Shown here in pieces: positions 46,084 to 57,005 of a DNA stretch of 64,000 nt (position 1 is the stretch's first letter; the number at the start of each line of letters is the position of its first letter). Origin of the DNA: an uncultured delta proteobacterium (GTDB taxonomy: Bacteria > Desulfobacterota > Syntrophobacteria > Syntrophobacterales > Syntrophobacteraceae). The notes under the pieces were generated by a model that searched no databases, was not told the DNA's origin, and worked only from the letters and a program-made list of their open reading frames with translations. The stretch covers positions 64,001 through 128,000 of the forward strand of contig CAWEHK010000037.1 of NCBI GenBank assembly GCA_963808625.1, written 5' to 3'. Both the position numbers and the translations under genes were made by a program.

Positions 46084-46210
46084 TTCATCATCCTCATGCT
46101 CATTTGTCTTGGGATGTCCAGGCATCATTATGGTATCATTGAGTTGCTATGAATGCAAAAGAACTAACCCAGCAGCAGCATCTTGTGAACCTCTATCATC
46201 GAGCGTTTAA

Positions 46211-46669
<459 letters not shown>

Positions 46670-46838
46670 GGAATCTTGAGGTTTCTCCCTTCCGTCAACA
46701 CATTCTGCAAGACAACAGTATTCAGAAGAACGGAGGGACAATCTGTAAGCACATTCAGTAGCTCTCTCACAATGCACTGGGGAGTCTTCCCCATATGCAT
46801 CAGGCTAACTTCTTTTGTGCATCAAGCTAACTTTTTTT

Positions 46839-46937
46839 GCCCTGAAGGGGCTTCATAAACCAGCCCAGGGTCAGCGATAGCGCCACCCTGGGGTGCCAAG
46901 TACAACAAGAATATTTACCCTGAAGGGGTTACATAAA
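46839..46937. repeat. REP-like CCCTGAAGGGG family copy (same family as 3331-4100)
   Basis: gccctgaaggggcttcataaaccagcccagggtcagcg..cgccaccctggg..ccctgaaggggttacataa. Confidence 0.75.
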
Positions 46938-47151
46938 ACATGCCGACGCGACGCTCTCTGCGTCTCTGCGGCGATCATCTCTCAGTTTTTTTCAAACCAC
47001 GAAGAACACGAAGAGCACGAAGAAATCACTTCGTGTCCTTCGTGCTCTTCGTGGTACGTGGTAAAAGAAGGGCCTTTATTTCCAGACGCTCCCTTACTTG
47101 GATGGAGATAGGAAGGAAAGAGATCCGTCATGAGTTTGTTCGGCGTTCCTA

Positions 47152-47309
47152 GAGCCAATACTGTTCAATTAGCGATTCAGGGATTGAGGGACTCAGGGAA
47201 AGGACCTGCAAAACCGAGTCGATCTCTATCTCGCGGCGTAAGAATTCCTCAATTCCTAAATCTCTCAATTCCTAAATCCCTCAATTCCAAAATTCAACAT
47301 TATTGCCCC
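47152..47309. mobile_element. 158-bp MITE-like insertion with TA target duplication
   Basis: Imperfect TIR GAGCCAATACTGTTCAATT / AATTCAACATTATTGCCCC (15/19); empty site GTTCCTAAAGCGG at 45055-45067. Confidence 0.8.
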
Positions 47310-47327
47310 TAAAGCGGAGGAGTCTCT

Positions 47328-48242
47328 ATGAACACGAAAGTCCAACAGGTCGATATCGGCCAATGCCGAAGGGTGAAGATCCGCTGTATTTCTGAGACCA
47401 GCTGGTTTGACACGAACCAGATCCTGGCAGACATCAAGCATGCCGGGGGGATGTCGGCCAGCCAGTATACCGTAAGCTGGACCGAAACCAACAGTGGCGG
47501 CTACTGCGCCCTGGTGGAGGTTGAGGCGCTGGATGGCGCCACCAGACGATTCCTGCTGGATGCGGGTTGGAACCTTTCCTGGATGGATGCCTGCTTCCAA
47601 AGGGAAGGCGTGGACCGGATGTTGAGTAAAGGGGAAATCGAGTTTTTGTTCATCTCCCACGAGCACATGGACCATTTTTGGGGGCTTCCGGTTGTCCTCA
47701 AATACCGGCCCGACCTCAAGATCATTGTTCCAAACAGTTTCCATCCGGAAGGAAAAGAACTCATTCGAAAGAGCGGGCATAAGGGGGAACTGGTGGAGTT
47801 GGGGGCGGAAAGACTTCATCCGCTCTTTCCCGGATGTGCGTCGGTGACCTTCGACATCCCCATCATCATTCGCGTTCAGGGGGAGCACGGCTTATTCTTC
47901 CATATCAAGGACAAGGGCATGGTGACGGTCACGGGGTGCTGCCACATGGGGGTCCTGAATCTCATGGAGTACGGATGCGAAAACCTTCAGGGGTCCCCCA
48001 GGCCCTACGGGCTCTACGGCGGGCTGCATATCTGTCCCTTCGAACAATGGGACGCCAGGATGGACCAGGTCATCGCTGACCTGGCGGCAATGAAACTGGC
48101 GGTGGTAGCGGCGAATCATTGTACGGGCATGATCGCCATTGAGAAGATGATCGAGGCAGGTATTCCGGTGGTAAGAGGGACGGCCAGGCACGGAAGCAAA
48201 AGCGATCTTTATGTGGGCAATGGGGATGAGGTTGTCTTCTGA
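47328..48242 (+). CDS. MBL-fold metallo-hydrolase
   Basis: LLDAG, SHEHMDHFWG, TGCCH, GGLH, NHCTG. Confidence 0.88.
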   Translation: MNTKVQQVDIGQCRRVKIRCISETSWFDTNQILADIKHAGGMSASQYTVSWTETNSGGYCALVEVEALDGATRRFLLDAGWNLSWMDACFQREGVDRMLSKGEIEFLFISHEHMDHFWGLPVVLKYRPDLKIIVPNSFHPEGKELIRKSGHKGELVELGAERLHPLFPGCASVTFDIPIIIRVQGEHGLFFHIKDKGMVTVTGCCHMGVLNLMEYGCENLQGSPRPYGLYGGLHICPFEQWDARMDQVIADLAAMKLAVVAANHCTGMIAIEKMIEAGIPVVRGTARHGSKSDLYVGNGDEVVF

Positions 48243-48269
48243 TGGCTTTGCATGGTGAGCGGCCCCTAA

Positions 48270-48405
48270 GAGACTGTCCAAAAACAACTTGCACTCATTT
48301 CAGCCCTTTTTCGAACCACGAAGAACACGAAGAGCACGAAGAAATCACTTCGTGTCCTTCGTGTTCTTCGTGGTAAAAGAAGGCCTTTTATCTTTGGACG
48401 CCCCC
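48270..48405. mobile_element. MITE-like element carrying an ACCACGAAG/CTTCGTG palindrome; related copies at 48676-48817, 51768-51890 and 44900-45000
   Basis: Ends GAGACTGTCCAAA / TTTGGACGCCCCC flanked by TAA on both sides. Confidence 0.65.
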
Positions 48406-48816
48406 TAACCTCTTTCGATAAGCTGTGAAAGTGCCTCGGTGAATGATGATGGATGGTTTGCAGCCCTGATGGTTTTGTCTTTCACGGTGGGATGTGCGCC
48501 CTATTCCGGTAGCCCCTTCGAGAAGAGGATGCCTTGGAATATGACGCCTTGCTGGCGCCTCGTCTTATCAGAGTGATCCAAACTGCTATGGGATCTCGTA
48601 CTGGTGTTAACCGGCCTTGTCCTTTAAGTCCGTGCCACACGACGTGAGCCCTGAGCGCCCGTGTCACGCTTTGCGCCTGTCCAAATATAACTTGCTCTCA
48701 TTTCGCCCCTGTCTCAAACCACGAAGGACACGAAGAACACGAAGAAATCACTTATTGGCCTTCGTGATCTTCGTGATCTTCGTGGTAAAAAAGGTGTCTT
48801 AGTTTTGGACACTTCC

Positions 48817-51544
48817 CTAACCTATTAAAGATGCAAGCTCGATTCTGATTTCATCGTCCGTCCTGCCCATGGTCTGCAGGAGAGCAATGTAATTCCCCCT
48901 TACCGTGTTCGAAGATGGGTGCTCAAGGCCCAGGCTCTTGATGAAAGTCGCCAGCGCCCGGCGCATCAGCGGCTCCGCCTCGGCCAGGCGGTTCGTCGCC
49001 TGCAGCAGTAGGGCCAGGTTGTTGAGGTCGCGGGCGACGTTGGGGTGATCCGCGCCCAAGCTCGCCTCGTCGATCGCCAGCGCCCGGCGCATCAGCGGCT
49101 CGGCCTCGGCCAGGCGGTTCGTCGCCTGCAGCAGTAGGGCCAGGTTGTTGAGGGCGGTGGCGACGTTGGGGTGATCCGCGCCGAAGCTCGCCTCGTCGAT
49201 CGCCAGCGCCCGGCGCATCAGCGGCTCGGCCTCGGCCAGGCGGTTCGTCGCCTGCAGCAGCGTGGCCAGGTTGTTGAGGCGGATGGCGACGTTGGGGTGA
49301 TCCGCGCCGAAGCTCGCCTCGTCGATCGCCAGCGCCCGCCGCATCAGCGGCTCGGCCTCGGCCAGCCGGTTCGTCGCCTGCAGCAGCTGGCCAGGTTGTT
49401 GAGGCGCTGGCGACGTTGGGGTGATCCGCGCCGAAGCTCGCCTCGTCGATCGCCAGCGCCCGCCGCATCAGCGGCTCGGCCTCGGCCAGGCGGTTCGTCG
49501 CCTGCAGCAGCTGGGCCAGGTTGTTGAGGTCGATGGCGACGTTGGGGTGATCCGCGCCGAAGCTCGCCTCGTCGATCGCCAGCGCCCGGCGCATCAGCGG
49601 CTCGGCCTCGGCCAGGCGGTTCGTCGCCTTGAGCAGCTGGGCCAGGTTGTTGAGGCGGATGGCGACGTTGGGGTGGTCCGCGCCGAAGCTCGCCTCGTCG
49701 ATCGCCAGCGCCCGGCGCATCAGCGGCTCGGCCTCGGCATAAAGGGCTTTCTGAAAGAGCAGCACTCCGACCTGGTTGAGTAATCTGGTAGAAGGCTCGG
49801 GAATCCCGACTTCATCGGCGTACGCCGCTGCCGTCCGCGCGTGCGGCGCCAACGGGTCGAGGACCGGCCAGTTGCGCACGTCCACAGGATCGCCGACAAA
49901 GGCGTCGTTCACCCAGTTCAGCGCCTCAGCGAGGAGGCTATGGGTCGGGTCCTCGCGCTGGCCGCGCCGAGTCACCTCCTGCACCAGTCGGTGCACGCTG
50001 AAATAGGGAGTGGTGGCCGCGCGCGTCACCAGGGAGTAGGACTCCAGTTCCGCCAGGGCGTCGTAGGGGTCGGCTTGAGCGGGATCCTGTCCCGGGACGG
50101 GCACGTCCAGCAATGACTCGGGAACGGGCTCCGGGGCCAGCCAGGCCAGACGCTGAAGGAGTCGCCGGGCCGGCTCCTTGAGCTGATCGAAGGAGGTTTG
50201 CCAGGTGATGGCCACGCTCTTGGGGTATTGCATGAGTCGCGAGTCGAACCACGCGAGCACCGTTTGCCGCTGGCGCTGCCAGGCTTCCAGGTACTGGGCG
50301 AAGCCGAGGCGCAGGTGGGCAATGTAGGCGCCGGCCTGCTCCAGCGCCAGGGCGAGATAGCCCAGTTTTTCCGCCAGAATGCTCGCCGCGGCGAGATCAT
50401 TGGCCTGGGGGCGACGTTTCGCCGCAGTCCGCAACAGCAGAAATTCCGCGGCGGCTTGGGGCGACAGTGTATCGACGGAAACGGCTTCGACCGTGCCGCT
50501 CCAGTTCGTCAGGCGGCTGGTGAGCAGCAGATGCCCGCCGGTCAGTTGCGGCAGCAGGGCTTCGGCCGCGGTAGCGGCGGGCTCCGCGTCGATGTTGTCG
50601 AGGATCAGCAGCCAGCCGGGGTGTTGCTGCAGCCAGCCGAGGGCCGCGTCGCGCTGCCGGCCTTCGTCCTTTTCGTCCTTTTCGGGGAGATCGAGGATCA
50701 GCGCTGCGCAGAGGGCGGCCAGGTTGCGGTTCAGGGCTTCGGGGCTGTCGGCGCCGACTTGCAGCAGCGCCGTGTAGTCGCCGGCATGACGCCAGGCGTA
50801 TTCGAGCGCCAGCCTGGTCTTGCCGACACCGCCCATGCCGGTCAGCACCTTCACGACGGCAGGCAGGTCGCGGCGCTGGGGAACCGGCCCGAGGCGCCTG
50901 GCCAGATCGTCGAGCAGGTCCTCGCGGCCCTTGAAGAGATCGCCCAGGCTCGCGTAACGGAGATTGACCGGTTTTTTGATCACTCCGGCTTCAACAAGGA
51001 TGTCGAGCAGACTCGAACGCCAGATCTCCGCAGCAAGCTGGTCGGCCGTGGCAAAGTGAATGGCGGGGTAACGCTCGATACTCGCCAGGCGCCGTAGATG
51101 GTCTTTCTGGGCAGCTTGCTGGAGCGGGTCCAGCGTGTAGCGGTCGTCGCGCTCGGCGCCGTCCTTCGGGACGGCGATGATCAGCCGCCGGGCGTGGTAC
51201 AGGGCCAGCCAGGCTTCCCACTGGGTGTAGGAAAGGGGCGCTCCCCCGGGTTCGAGAAAGGGGCCCACCGGCAGGCGGCTGCCGAAGTCCGGGTAGCGTT
51301 CCCGGATCACCGCCACCGACGGCGCCTGCGCCATCGCACCGGTCATATCGCCCACCAGGTGGATCACCACGTCGCACTGCCGGATGTACTCGTCGAGCAT
51401 GTCGAGCGTTTCCGTGCCGGTCACGATGAAGTCTTCCTGCACCTTCACCGTGACGTTCGGGCGGTCCAGGTAATGGCGCAAGGCGTCCCGGTAGCTGCGG
51501 AATTCCGCGCTGACGGTGGACAGGAAGATGCGGACATGGGCCAT
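48817..51544 (-). CDS. NLR-like STAND: DUF4062-like N-terminus + NB-ARC-type NTPase + near-identical 42-aa TPR repeats (frameshift near 49400)
   Basis: RIFLSTVSAEF, GMGGVGKT Walker A, WLLILDN Walker B, LTSR, LALEQAGAYI, VHRLVQ; 6 full repeats AEAEPLMRRALAIDEASFGADHPNVAxxLNNLAxLLQATNRL. Confidence 0.92.
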
Positions 51545-51633
51545 GATTTTTCTTTCCTTGGCTATTGTTTTATCCGAAGACACACCAGGAGATCATTCGG
51601 TGTCCTTGGTCCTCTTCGTGCTGAAAGATGTTA

Positions 51634-51765
51634 GAGAGTGTCCAAAAAGCCCTTCAACCCCGTCACCCCAGCGAAAGCCGGGGTCCAGAAGGTTTTGAAA
51701 AACCTGGATTCCGGCTTTCGCCGGAACGACGCAATGCGATTCGTGAGAACTTTTTGGACACCCTC
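51634..51765. mobile_element. MITE-like element carrying a GTCACCCC/GTCATTCC-family REP doublet
   Basis: TIR GAGAGTGTCCAAAAAG / CTTTTTGGACACCCTC (15/16) flanked by TA. Confidence 0.75.
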
Positions 51766-51767
51766 TA

Positions 51768-52065
51768 GACTCTGTCCAAAAACAACTTGCACTCATTTCA
51801 GCCCTTTTTCGAACCACGAAGGACACGAAGGACACGAGGAGCACGAAGAAATCTCTTCGTGTCCTTCGTGTTCTTCGTGGTAAAAGAAGGCCATCGCTCG
51901 TTCCCAAGCTCCAGCTTGGGAACGCAGGCACGGAAGCTCCAGCTTCCCGTGCCTCTTCAGTATCACGTGGCATCCACTAGTCCGACGAAGCTGGAGCTTC
52001 CAAACAGGTGGGTTCCCAAGCCGGAGCTTGGGAACCAGCTTAAAGGGGAATTTTCAGACAGCCTC
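51768..52065. mobile_element. Chimeric MITE-like element: left part of the 48270 type, right part of the 43268 type
   Basis: Starts GACTCTGTCCAAAAACAACTTGCAC and ends GAATTTTCAGACAGCCTC. Confidence 0.6.
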
Positions 52066-52067
52066 TA

Positions 52068-52290
52068 AGTCATGGCTGTCCCAAAAATCTCCGATTTCCC
52101 GGTATGACTGGCCGTGTGATAACGATGACTTACTTTTTCTTGGCATAATGAGTCCTTTCAGCCGCCGTCATATCCCGTGCCGATAAAATCAACGCACGAC
52201 GATTCATCTTGAAGACAAAGAACACCGCCAAATATCTTCCGCTGCTCGCCTGCCCCAACGCTGCATAGACATCTTCCAGGGTTTTCCAGC
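52068..52290 (-). pseudogene. Remnant BrnT-like toxin 3' half plus truncated antitoxin 5' end
   Basis: DVYAALGQASSGRYLAVFFVFK..ALILSARDMTAAER; overlapping MPRKSKSSLSHGQSYREIGDFWDSHD cut by the MITE end. Confidence 0.7.
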
Positions 52291-52295
52291 ACGCC

Positions 52296-53336
52296 CTAAC
52301 GCTTTTGGGCGCAGCGGAAACAGACCAGATCAAAGCCGCTGTCCGTGGCAACCGGCTGAATCTTGCGGATGGTGTTGTGGCAGCGCTCACAGACGAGCGG
52401 GTCAAGCTGCCGGGTGAGCGGGTTCCAGATCGCCTTCACCGTGCGGGTCCATTTTCGAAAACGCACCTCGAACATGACCTGAGCGATGGCGACGAGCAGC
52501 CGGAGGGCGGCACAGGCCGTGATCGTGATGTCGACCTGGTATTTTTGCTTCAGGTCTTCGATTTTTCTTGCCATTTCCGAAGGCAAATCCGCGATCTTGG
52601 ACAGCCGCTCCCGGCGCTGCCCTTCGGCAAGATTCGGGTGTGAGAGGCTGGCCTCCATCTCCTGTTTCAGGGCCTCGTAATACTCCCGCGTATTCTTCAC
52701 ATCGCGGTGGAGGCGGCGGCGCATGCTGATGAGGAAATCCGCCAGTTCCTTTTCGATGCCGTTCCTGGCGTATCCCATGGCAGCGGAAACGGCAGGTTCG
52801 AGCTTGACCGGGAAATGAGGCGGGACCTTTCCCGAAGGGAAGAAATGCGGCTGTGCCTGCGGCCAGGCCGGCTCCAGTCCTTCCACCACCGCTCCACTCC
52901 CTTCATGCACCGCCACCTGCACCAACCCTTCCTTGCGTTCATCACTCAGCGCCACGTAGCGGCAGGTCAGCACCAGGTAAGTGGTCCGGGCTTCCGCGCG
53001 CGCGCCGACCCGCACCTGGCCGTCGGCAAAGATGAGGTCCTTGCCGATGAGCTCGCCAAAACCCGCCTTTTTCAGGTAGGGGACTTCAATCTGGCCATAG
53101 ACCACCGGAATGTGACCGGTTGCGGCCTCGACCAGCCGTTCCAGGAAGGGGCTTCCGTAGAGCAAAGGGGTTTCCTCCGCTCCCAGCGGGGTCTCTTCCG
53201 GCAGCCCGAGGGTCTCGGCCAGGTCCGGAGGAAGCAGCGCCAGGACGCGGTCCGGCAGGCATTCGACGAGGCCGCCGCGCTGTTCGATCAGGTCAACCGC
53301 AAAGGACAGCAATTCCGGGTCGGAACCCGTGCTCAT
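52296..53336 (-). CDS. Hypothetical SNF2-partner protein (YqhG-like) with C-terminal zinc ribbon
   Basis: 4-nt overlap with the helicase stop; LLYGSPFL, EYY..L coiled coil, CERC...CFRC. Confidence 0.7.
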   Translation of the reverse strand: MSTGSDPELLSFAVDLIEQRGGLVECLPDRVLALLPPDLAETLGLPEETPLGAEETPLLYGSPFLERLVEAATGHIPVVYGQIEVPYLKKAGFGELIGKDLIFADGQVRVGARAEARTTYLVLTCRYVALSDERKEGLVQVAVHEGSGAVVEGLEPAWPQAQPHFFPSGKVPPHFPVKLEPAVSAAMGYARNGIEKELADFLISMRRRLHRDVKNTREYYEALKQEMEASLSHPNLAEGQRRERLSKIADLPSEMARKIEDLKQKYQVDITITACAALRLLVAIAQVMFEVRFRKWTRTVKAIWNPLTRQLDPLVCERCHNTIRKIQPVATDSGFDLVCFRCAQKR

Positions 53337-55692
53337 ACCCCAAAATCCTCCTGGAAGAGTTTTTCATCGAGCTCTTTGCTCTTTTCATAGCCGGCGCGGG
53401 CGCGCTTGAGCCTCCCCGCAAGCGCGTCGAACGCCTTCTCCCGTTCCTTCTCGTCGGCATGCTTCACCCAGATTTCGTAAACCAGGTCGCTGAATTCCTC
53501 CTCTCCCTGAAGCCGTCCGAGGACCATGTCGATTTCCCCCACCACCAGCTCGAACATGTTGATCTTGCGGTCAAGGACTTCGAGGATGTGGTCCTCGAGG
53601 CTGCCGGCGGAGCAGAAATTGAAAACCTGGACTTCCTTTTCCTGGCCGATGCGATGGATGCGTCCGATGCGCTGTTCGATCTCCATCGGGTTCCAGGGGA
53701 GGTCGTAGTTGATCATCATATGGCAGAACTGCAGGTTGAAGCCTTCGCCTCCCATGCCCGTCGAAAAGAGGACCGGGCAGCCGTCCCGGAAACGGTCCAT
53801 GACCGCCTGTTTCTGGGCCGGTGTCAGGCCGCCCTGGAACACCACGTGAGGAATCCTGCTCGGTCAGCAGGCGCTCGAGGTGCTCCAGGGTGGCGAGGGC
53901 ATTGGCGAAGAGGATTTTCTGGTCCGATGAGGCCTTGAGCAGCTCGACGACCCTTTGCGCCTTGCCGCCGGCCCTGATTTCCTTGCCCAGCCTGATGATC
54001 GCCGCCACTCCGTTCGCGCCTTCCATTTTCAGGGTCGGCGTGCATCCTTTCCAGCATGCGCAGGGCGGCCAGATGGGAAGAACCCGCCGTTTCGAGGAGC
54101 CTCCGCAGGGTGAACCGTGACGAACCCGCATCGTTGCGTCCGCCTGGTCCCTGACGAAATCGCTGACTCCTGGTAGAACGCGTTCCTCCGCCTCGCTGGG
54201 CGCAACCCGGACGGTGATGGCAAACCGCGGCGGCAGATGCAGTTGGGTGACGGAGCGGGTGTTGCGCACCATGACTTCTTTGAGCAGCTGCCGCAGTTGT
54301 TCGCGGTTGCGCGGGTCGGTGGGATTGCCGCGGGTCATGAATTCTTCTTTGAAGGCCTTCAGGGTTTTGAGGTGCCCGGGTTGGAGCAGGGTTACCAGGT
54401 TGAAGAGCTCTTCCAGGTTGTTCTGGACCGGGGTGGCGGTAAGCATGAGGAGGAAGCTCTTTTGATGCTGTTGACCAGCTTCCAGTTGAGCGTCGTCCGG
54501 TTTTTCAGGTGGTGGGCCTCATCCACGATTACCATATCATAGGAGCGGGCGATGACCGCTTCGAAATGGCGTTTTAGCTTCGCCGTCTGCAATGAGGCCA
54601 GGACCAGCGGCTCGTTCCAGAAACGCTCCGGTTCCTGCCGAAAGAGCGCGTCATTGGTGGAGGCAACAGGAATTGCGAACTTGTTCTGGAGTTCTTCCTG
54701 CCATTGGCTCACCAGCGAGCTCGGGGTGAGAATCAGGGCCGTGCGCACCAGCCCCCGCAGCAGGTATTCCTTGAGGATAAGGCCCGCCTCGACGGTCTTG
54801 CCAAGCCCGACTTCGTCGGCCAGGATCGCCCTCCCGCGGAACGTCTTCATGACTTTGCGCGCGGTTTCCTCCTGGTACCAGAGGGACTGCACGCCGTTGA
54901 GGGTGGGCAGACAGAGGAGCTGATCGTAGGAGGTACGGAAGGAAAGCTTGTAGGCCTTGAGCGCCAGGTCCAGGGTGTCCAGATCCGCTTTTCGGTGGGC
55001 TTTCAGGGCATCCAGGAGCGGGTCGGCGTCAGTCCTGAAGGCGATCTTCAGTTCCGGCAGGTCATCGGCGACGGATCGCACAGCCTGCTCGGCCCGTGCA
55101 TGGTTCGCGGGTAGTGGTCGCGCCCCCTCCGGTTCAGCGGATACTGGCGCATGTCTGGCGGCCTGCTTCTTTTCGAGGCGAATGGCGCCACCATCGCCTG
55201 GTAAGAAAGAGCTGCGCGCTCCATCGTCTCGCACAGTCCCACGTACTGCTCCACCTCCTTCAAGACGGCCTTGGTCAGTTTGCCGCGCAGTGGGCATGGG
55301 TCGCTCTTAAATTGCTGGTAGACCTCTTTGGCGAGTCGGTAGTCTTTCCGTTCATAGGCCAACCGTCCGAAGATCAGGCAATTGTTTATGGAGCTCAATT
55401 CCTTGTGTTCATAAGCCTGGCACAGGAGGTTGTAGAACGCGTCTCGATCATTCACCTTCTGGGCCGACTCAATCGCCAGAGCGCGCATCCTCGTATCCGA
55501 GGGGTCCATTTTCAGCTTCTTCTGAGCGAAGAGCAGGGCCCGCCTAAAGTCCTGCGCGCGGAAAGCACTGCTTGCCTGCCAGGTATAATCCTCGGCCTTC
55601 TCGTGCTGAAGCTCCCGCAACGCCTGCAGTCGCCTCGATTTTTGTTTCTCCTCGCGCTGCTTCTTTTTCTTCAACCGTCGATCAATGGCCAT
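53333..55692 (-). CDS. SNF2/DEAH helicase (YqhH/HepA-like) with helical N-terminal extension, several frameshifts
   Basis: ILADEVGLGKTVEAG, DEAHHLKN, LTATPVQN, GGEGFNLQF, NYDLPWNPMEIEQRIGRIHRIGQ. Confidence 0.9.
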
Positions 55693-55814
55693 CAGTCACC
55701 ATGCAAATCGTGTCCTGATAGAGGTTTTCGCCGCTCCCTGCGACGCTGCAGGGAACCGTGATGGGATGGTCGAATCTATACCATTTAAAGCTCGCTTTTG
55801 CCACCTGGATCATG

Positions 55815-56210
55815 TTGGGGGTAAGGAGAGCAATCGCGTATCTTCCCCCTATTATCTTCAGCAAGTCCTCTGTCTCCTTCCAAATCGCTGCCCCTGAAAA
55901 CCAGGCTCGATAGCTTGATTGGAAGACGAGCAGAAACAAAGCTGCCTTCGTGCAATTCGGCGCGTCTGCTGTTCCAGTCTTTGCGCTGGATGAGCGATCA
56001 TAGGAAACGTTGACGACGTACCCCATTTGTCCATTTTGAGGCAAGATCGGAGGCCGGAGTCTGAGCAAGACAAACCGTAAGAGCTCGGAGTTCGCAGAAC
56101 TTAGAGGAAAGCAGTCGACAACAAGCTGAAGATCGCCGACACGGACGGCGACACAAGCGATCACTGTTCGTTCCATAAGCAGGTCGAATTGCCGCTGCCG
56201 TTCCGTGCAA
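55815..56210 (+). pseudogene. Heavily degraded MqsR-like toxin
   Basis: Fragment NKLKIADTDG...CSFHK..LPLPF resembles the MqsR-family C-terminus; lies just upstream of the MqsA-like remnant; boundaries approximate. Confidence 0.4.
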
Positions 56211-56228
56211 GACGAGGAGGATTCCCAT

Positions 56229-56720
56229 ATGAAACGATATGCCAGAACTGTCAGAAGACAGGGAACTGGAATCCGTGACGTGATGAGGTGATCAAGTTCG
56301 CGAGAAACCGTCAAGATACGGTTTCTACCTGAAATGCGGACTGCGGTGAGACTTTGATGAATTCACCCCGGTATCCACTCGTCAAGTTTGCCAAGACGTA
56401 AAACGGGGGGCGGCGCGGAAAGCTAAACTCGAGAAAATACGAAATGATCATGAACGCTACGGTCTTACCCAGGGGGAGATGGGCAAGGTTCTCCGGCTGG
56501 GGAGCGGTCACCCTGAGCCGATACGAAAACGGCGCCCTCCAGGCAGAGGCCCACGAAAAGGCCTTCCGCCTGGCGATGGAGTCGCACAATCTGCTGCGTC
56601 TTCTCGAAGAAACCTCGGAGGGGGACATTGCCGAGGACAAAAAGGCTCGCATCGTGCGTGATCTCAAAGCGCTTGAGGAGGAAGCCTGTACTTTGAAGCG
56701 AATATTCTGCGATCCTTCGC
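56229..56720 (+). pseudogene. Degraded MqsA-like zinc-finger/HTH antitoxin
   Basis: SD GAGGAGG + ATG; ICQNC, YLKC..CGE, YGLTQGEMGKVL, GWGAVTLSRYENGALQ in shifting frames. Confidence 0.65.
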
Positions 56721-56723
56721 CGG

Positions 56724-56863
56724 TGATCACAAGCTCGTCGGTAACTGGCAAGGGAGACGAGAGTGCCACATCGAGTCCTGACTGGCTTCTGATCTACAAG
56801 ATAGAGGAAGGGCGGGTCATCTTCGAACGCACTGGCACCCATTTAGATCTTTTCCGCAAGTAA
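56724..56863 (+). pseudogene. YafQ-family toxin C-terminal half
   Basis: DHKLVGNWQGRRECHIE(P)DWLLIYKIEEGRVIFERTGTHLDLF. Confidence 0.8.
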
Positions 56864-57005
56864 AGCCGGCTGTGGGTGGAACAGAGGAAGGTTCTCACAG
56901 GTGCAAGTAATGTGGACCGCCGCTTTTCGTTGCACACATCTCATTGGTGCGCGCGCTCGATTTCGTTTGCGGTCCCGATAAGGTTCAGGCTCCATTCAGT
57001 CAACA

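Noticed and set aside
55682..56314. 210-aa minus-strand hypothetical protein
   Set aside because: No motifs; the plus strand shows MqsR/MqsA-like remnants with an SD, which explains the region better
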